Origin: Myxococcota bacterium | GTDB taxonomy: Bacteria > Myxococcota > JACRCW01 | Direction: 5' to 3' | Assembly: GCA_040752415.1 (NCBI GenBank) | Contig: JBFMGU010000239.1 | Span: 1 to 16,413, forward strand | Length of the DNA stretch: 16,413 nucleotides | Shown here: positions 16,275-16,413 of the stretch, piece after piece | How the letters are laid out: each line of letters opens with the position of its first letter | Numbering within the stretch: the first letter of the stretch is position 1 | Made by a program: the position numbers and the translations under genes | Notes under the pieces: generated by a model | The model's input: only the letters and a program-made list of their open reading frames with translations | Database searches by the model: none | What the model was told of the DNA's origin: nothing

Positions 16275-16413
16275 CGGAAGCCCCATATTGCGAGCCGGTT
16301 TCCGGCGTCATGAGCCGCTGGGCCGACGTTGCAGGCCAATTCCCGTCGTCACGAACCACTGGGCCCGGGGCTGACCATTGCCGGCCACCTTCACCGTTCA
16401 CGCGGTACCGGCA
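16275..16413 (-). repeat. Inverted copy of the 146-bp unit, truncated by the window end
   Basis: Reverse complement of 16340-16413 begins TGCCGGTACCGCGTGAACGGTGAAGGTGGCCGGCAATGGTCAGCCCCGGGCC; degenerate similarity continues to GCAATATGGGGCTTCCG near 16275. Confidence 0.85.

Noticed and set aside
15652..16401. CRISPR array or repeat-protein ORFs
   Set aside because: Whole 146-bp units repeat with no unique spacers and no cas genes are present; the period shifts the reading frame, so the ORFs are incidental.

Overview
GC-rich bacterial window whose gene content resembles Myxococcota/Deltaproteobacteria (inference from Cys-rich, Ser-rich and beta-propeller lipoproteins). Left to right it holds: the 5' end of a Gly/Pro-rich lipoprotein gene; an OmpR-family response regulator/histidine kinase pair; an internally deleted IS91-type transposase remnant running in frame into a 5'-truncated PhzF-family gene; a RimJ/RimL GNAT; an LpqC-type esterase lipoprotein; a PA14 + GT-C glycosyltransferase; a Cys-rich repeat lipoprotein; a beta-propeller lipoprotein with a sigma54 promoter; a Ser-rich FG-GAP lipoprotein; an orphan radical SAM/SPASM enzyme; a small STAS/SEC14-like protein; and a 146-bp GTAG-REP-like hairpin array. 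The most notable signals are non-coding. (i) A nested element at 5603-6000: a 115-bp IS701-like MITE (TTAG duplication) carries a 280-bp IS5-like MITE (TGA duplication), which carries a 53-bp hairpin whose only mismatches are G-T wobbles. An uninterrupted partial copy of the outer element lies at 345-420. (ii) A phased GTGTCC box occurs three times around the two-component operon. (iii) The REP/BIME-like array has an inverted copy at the window edge. No database searches were run; family calls come from recognised motifs.
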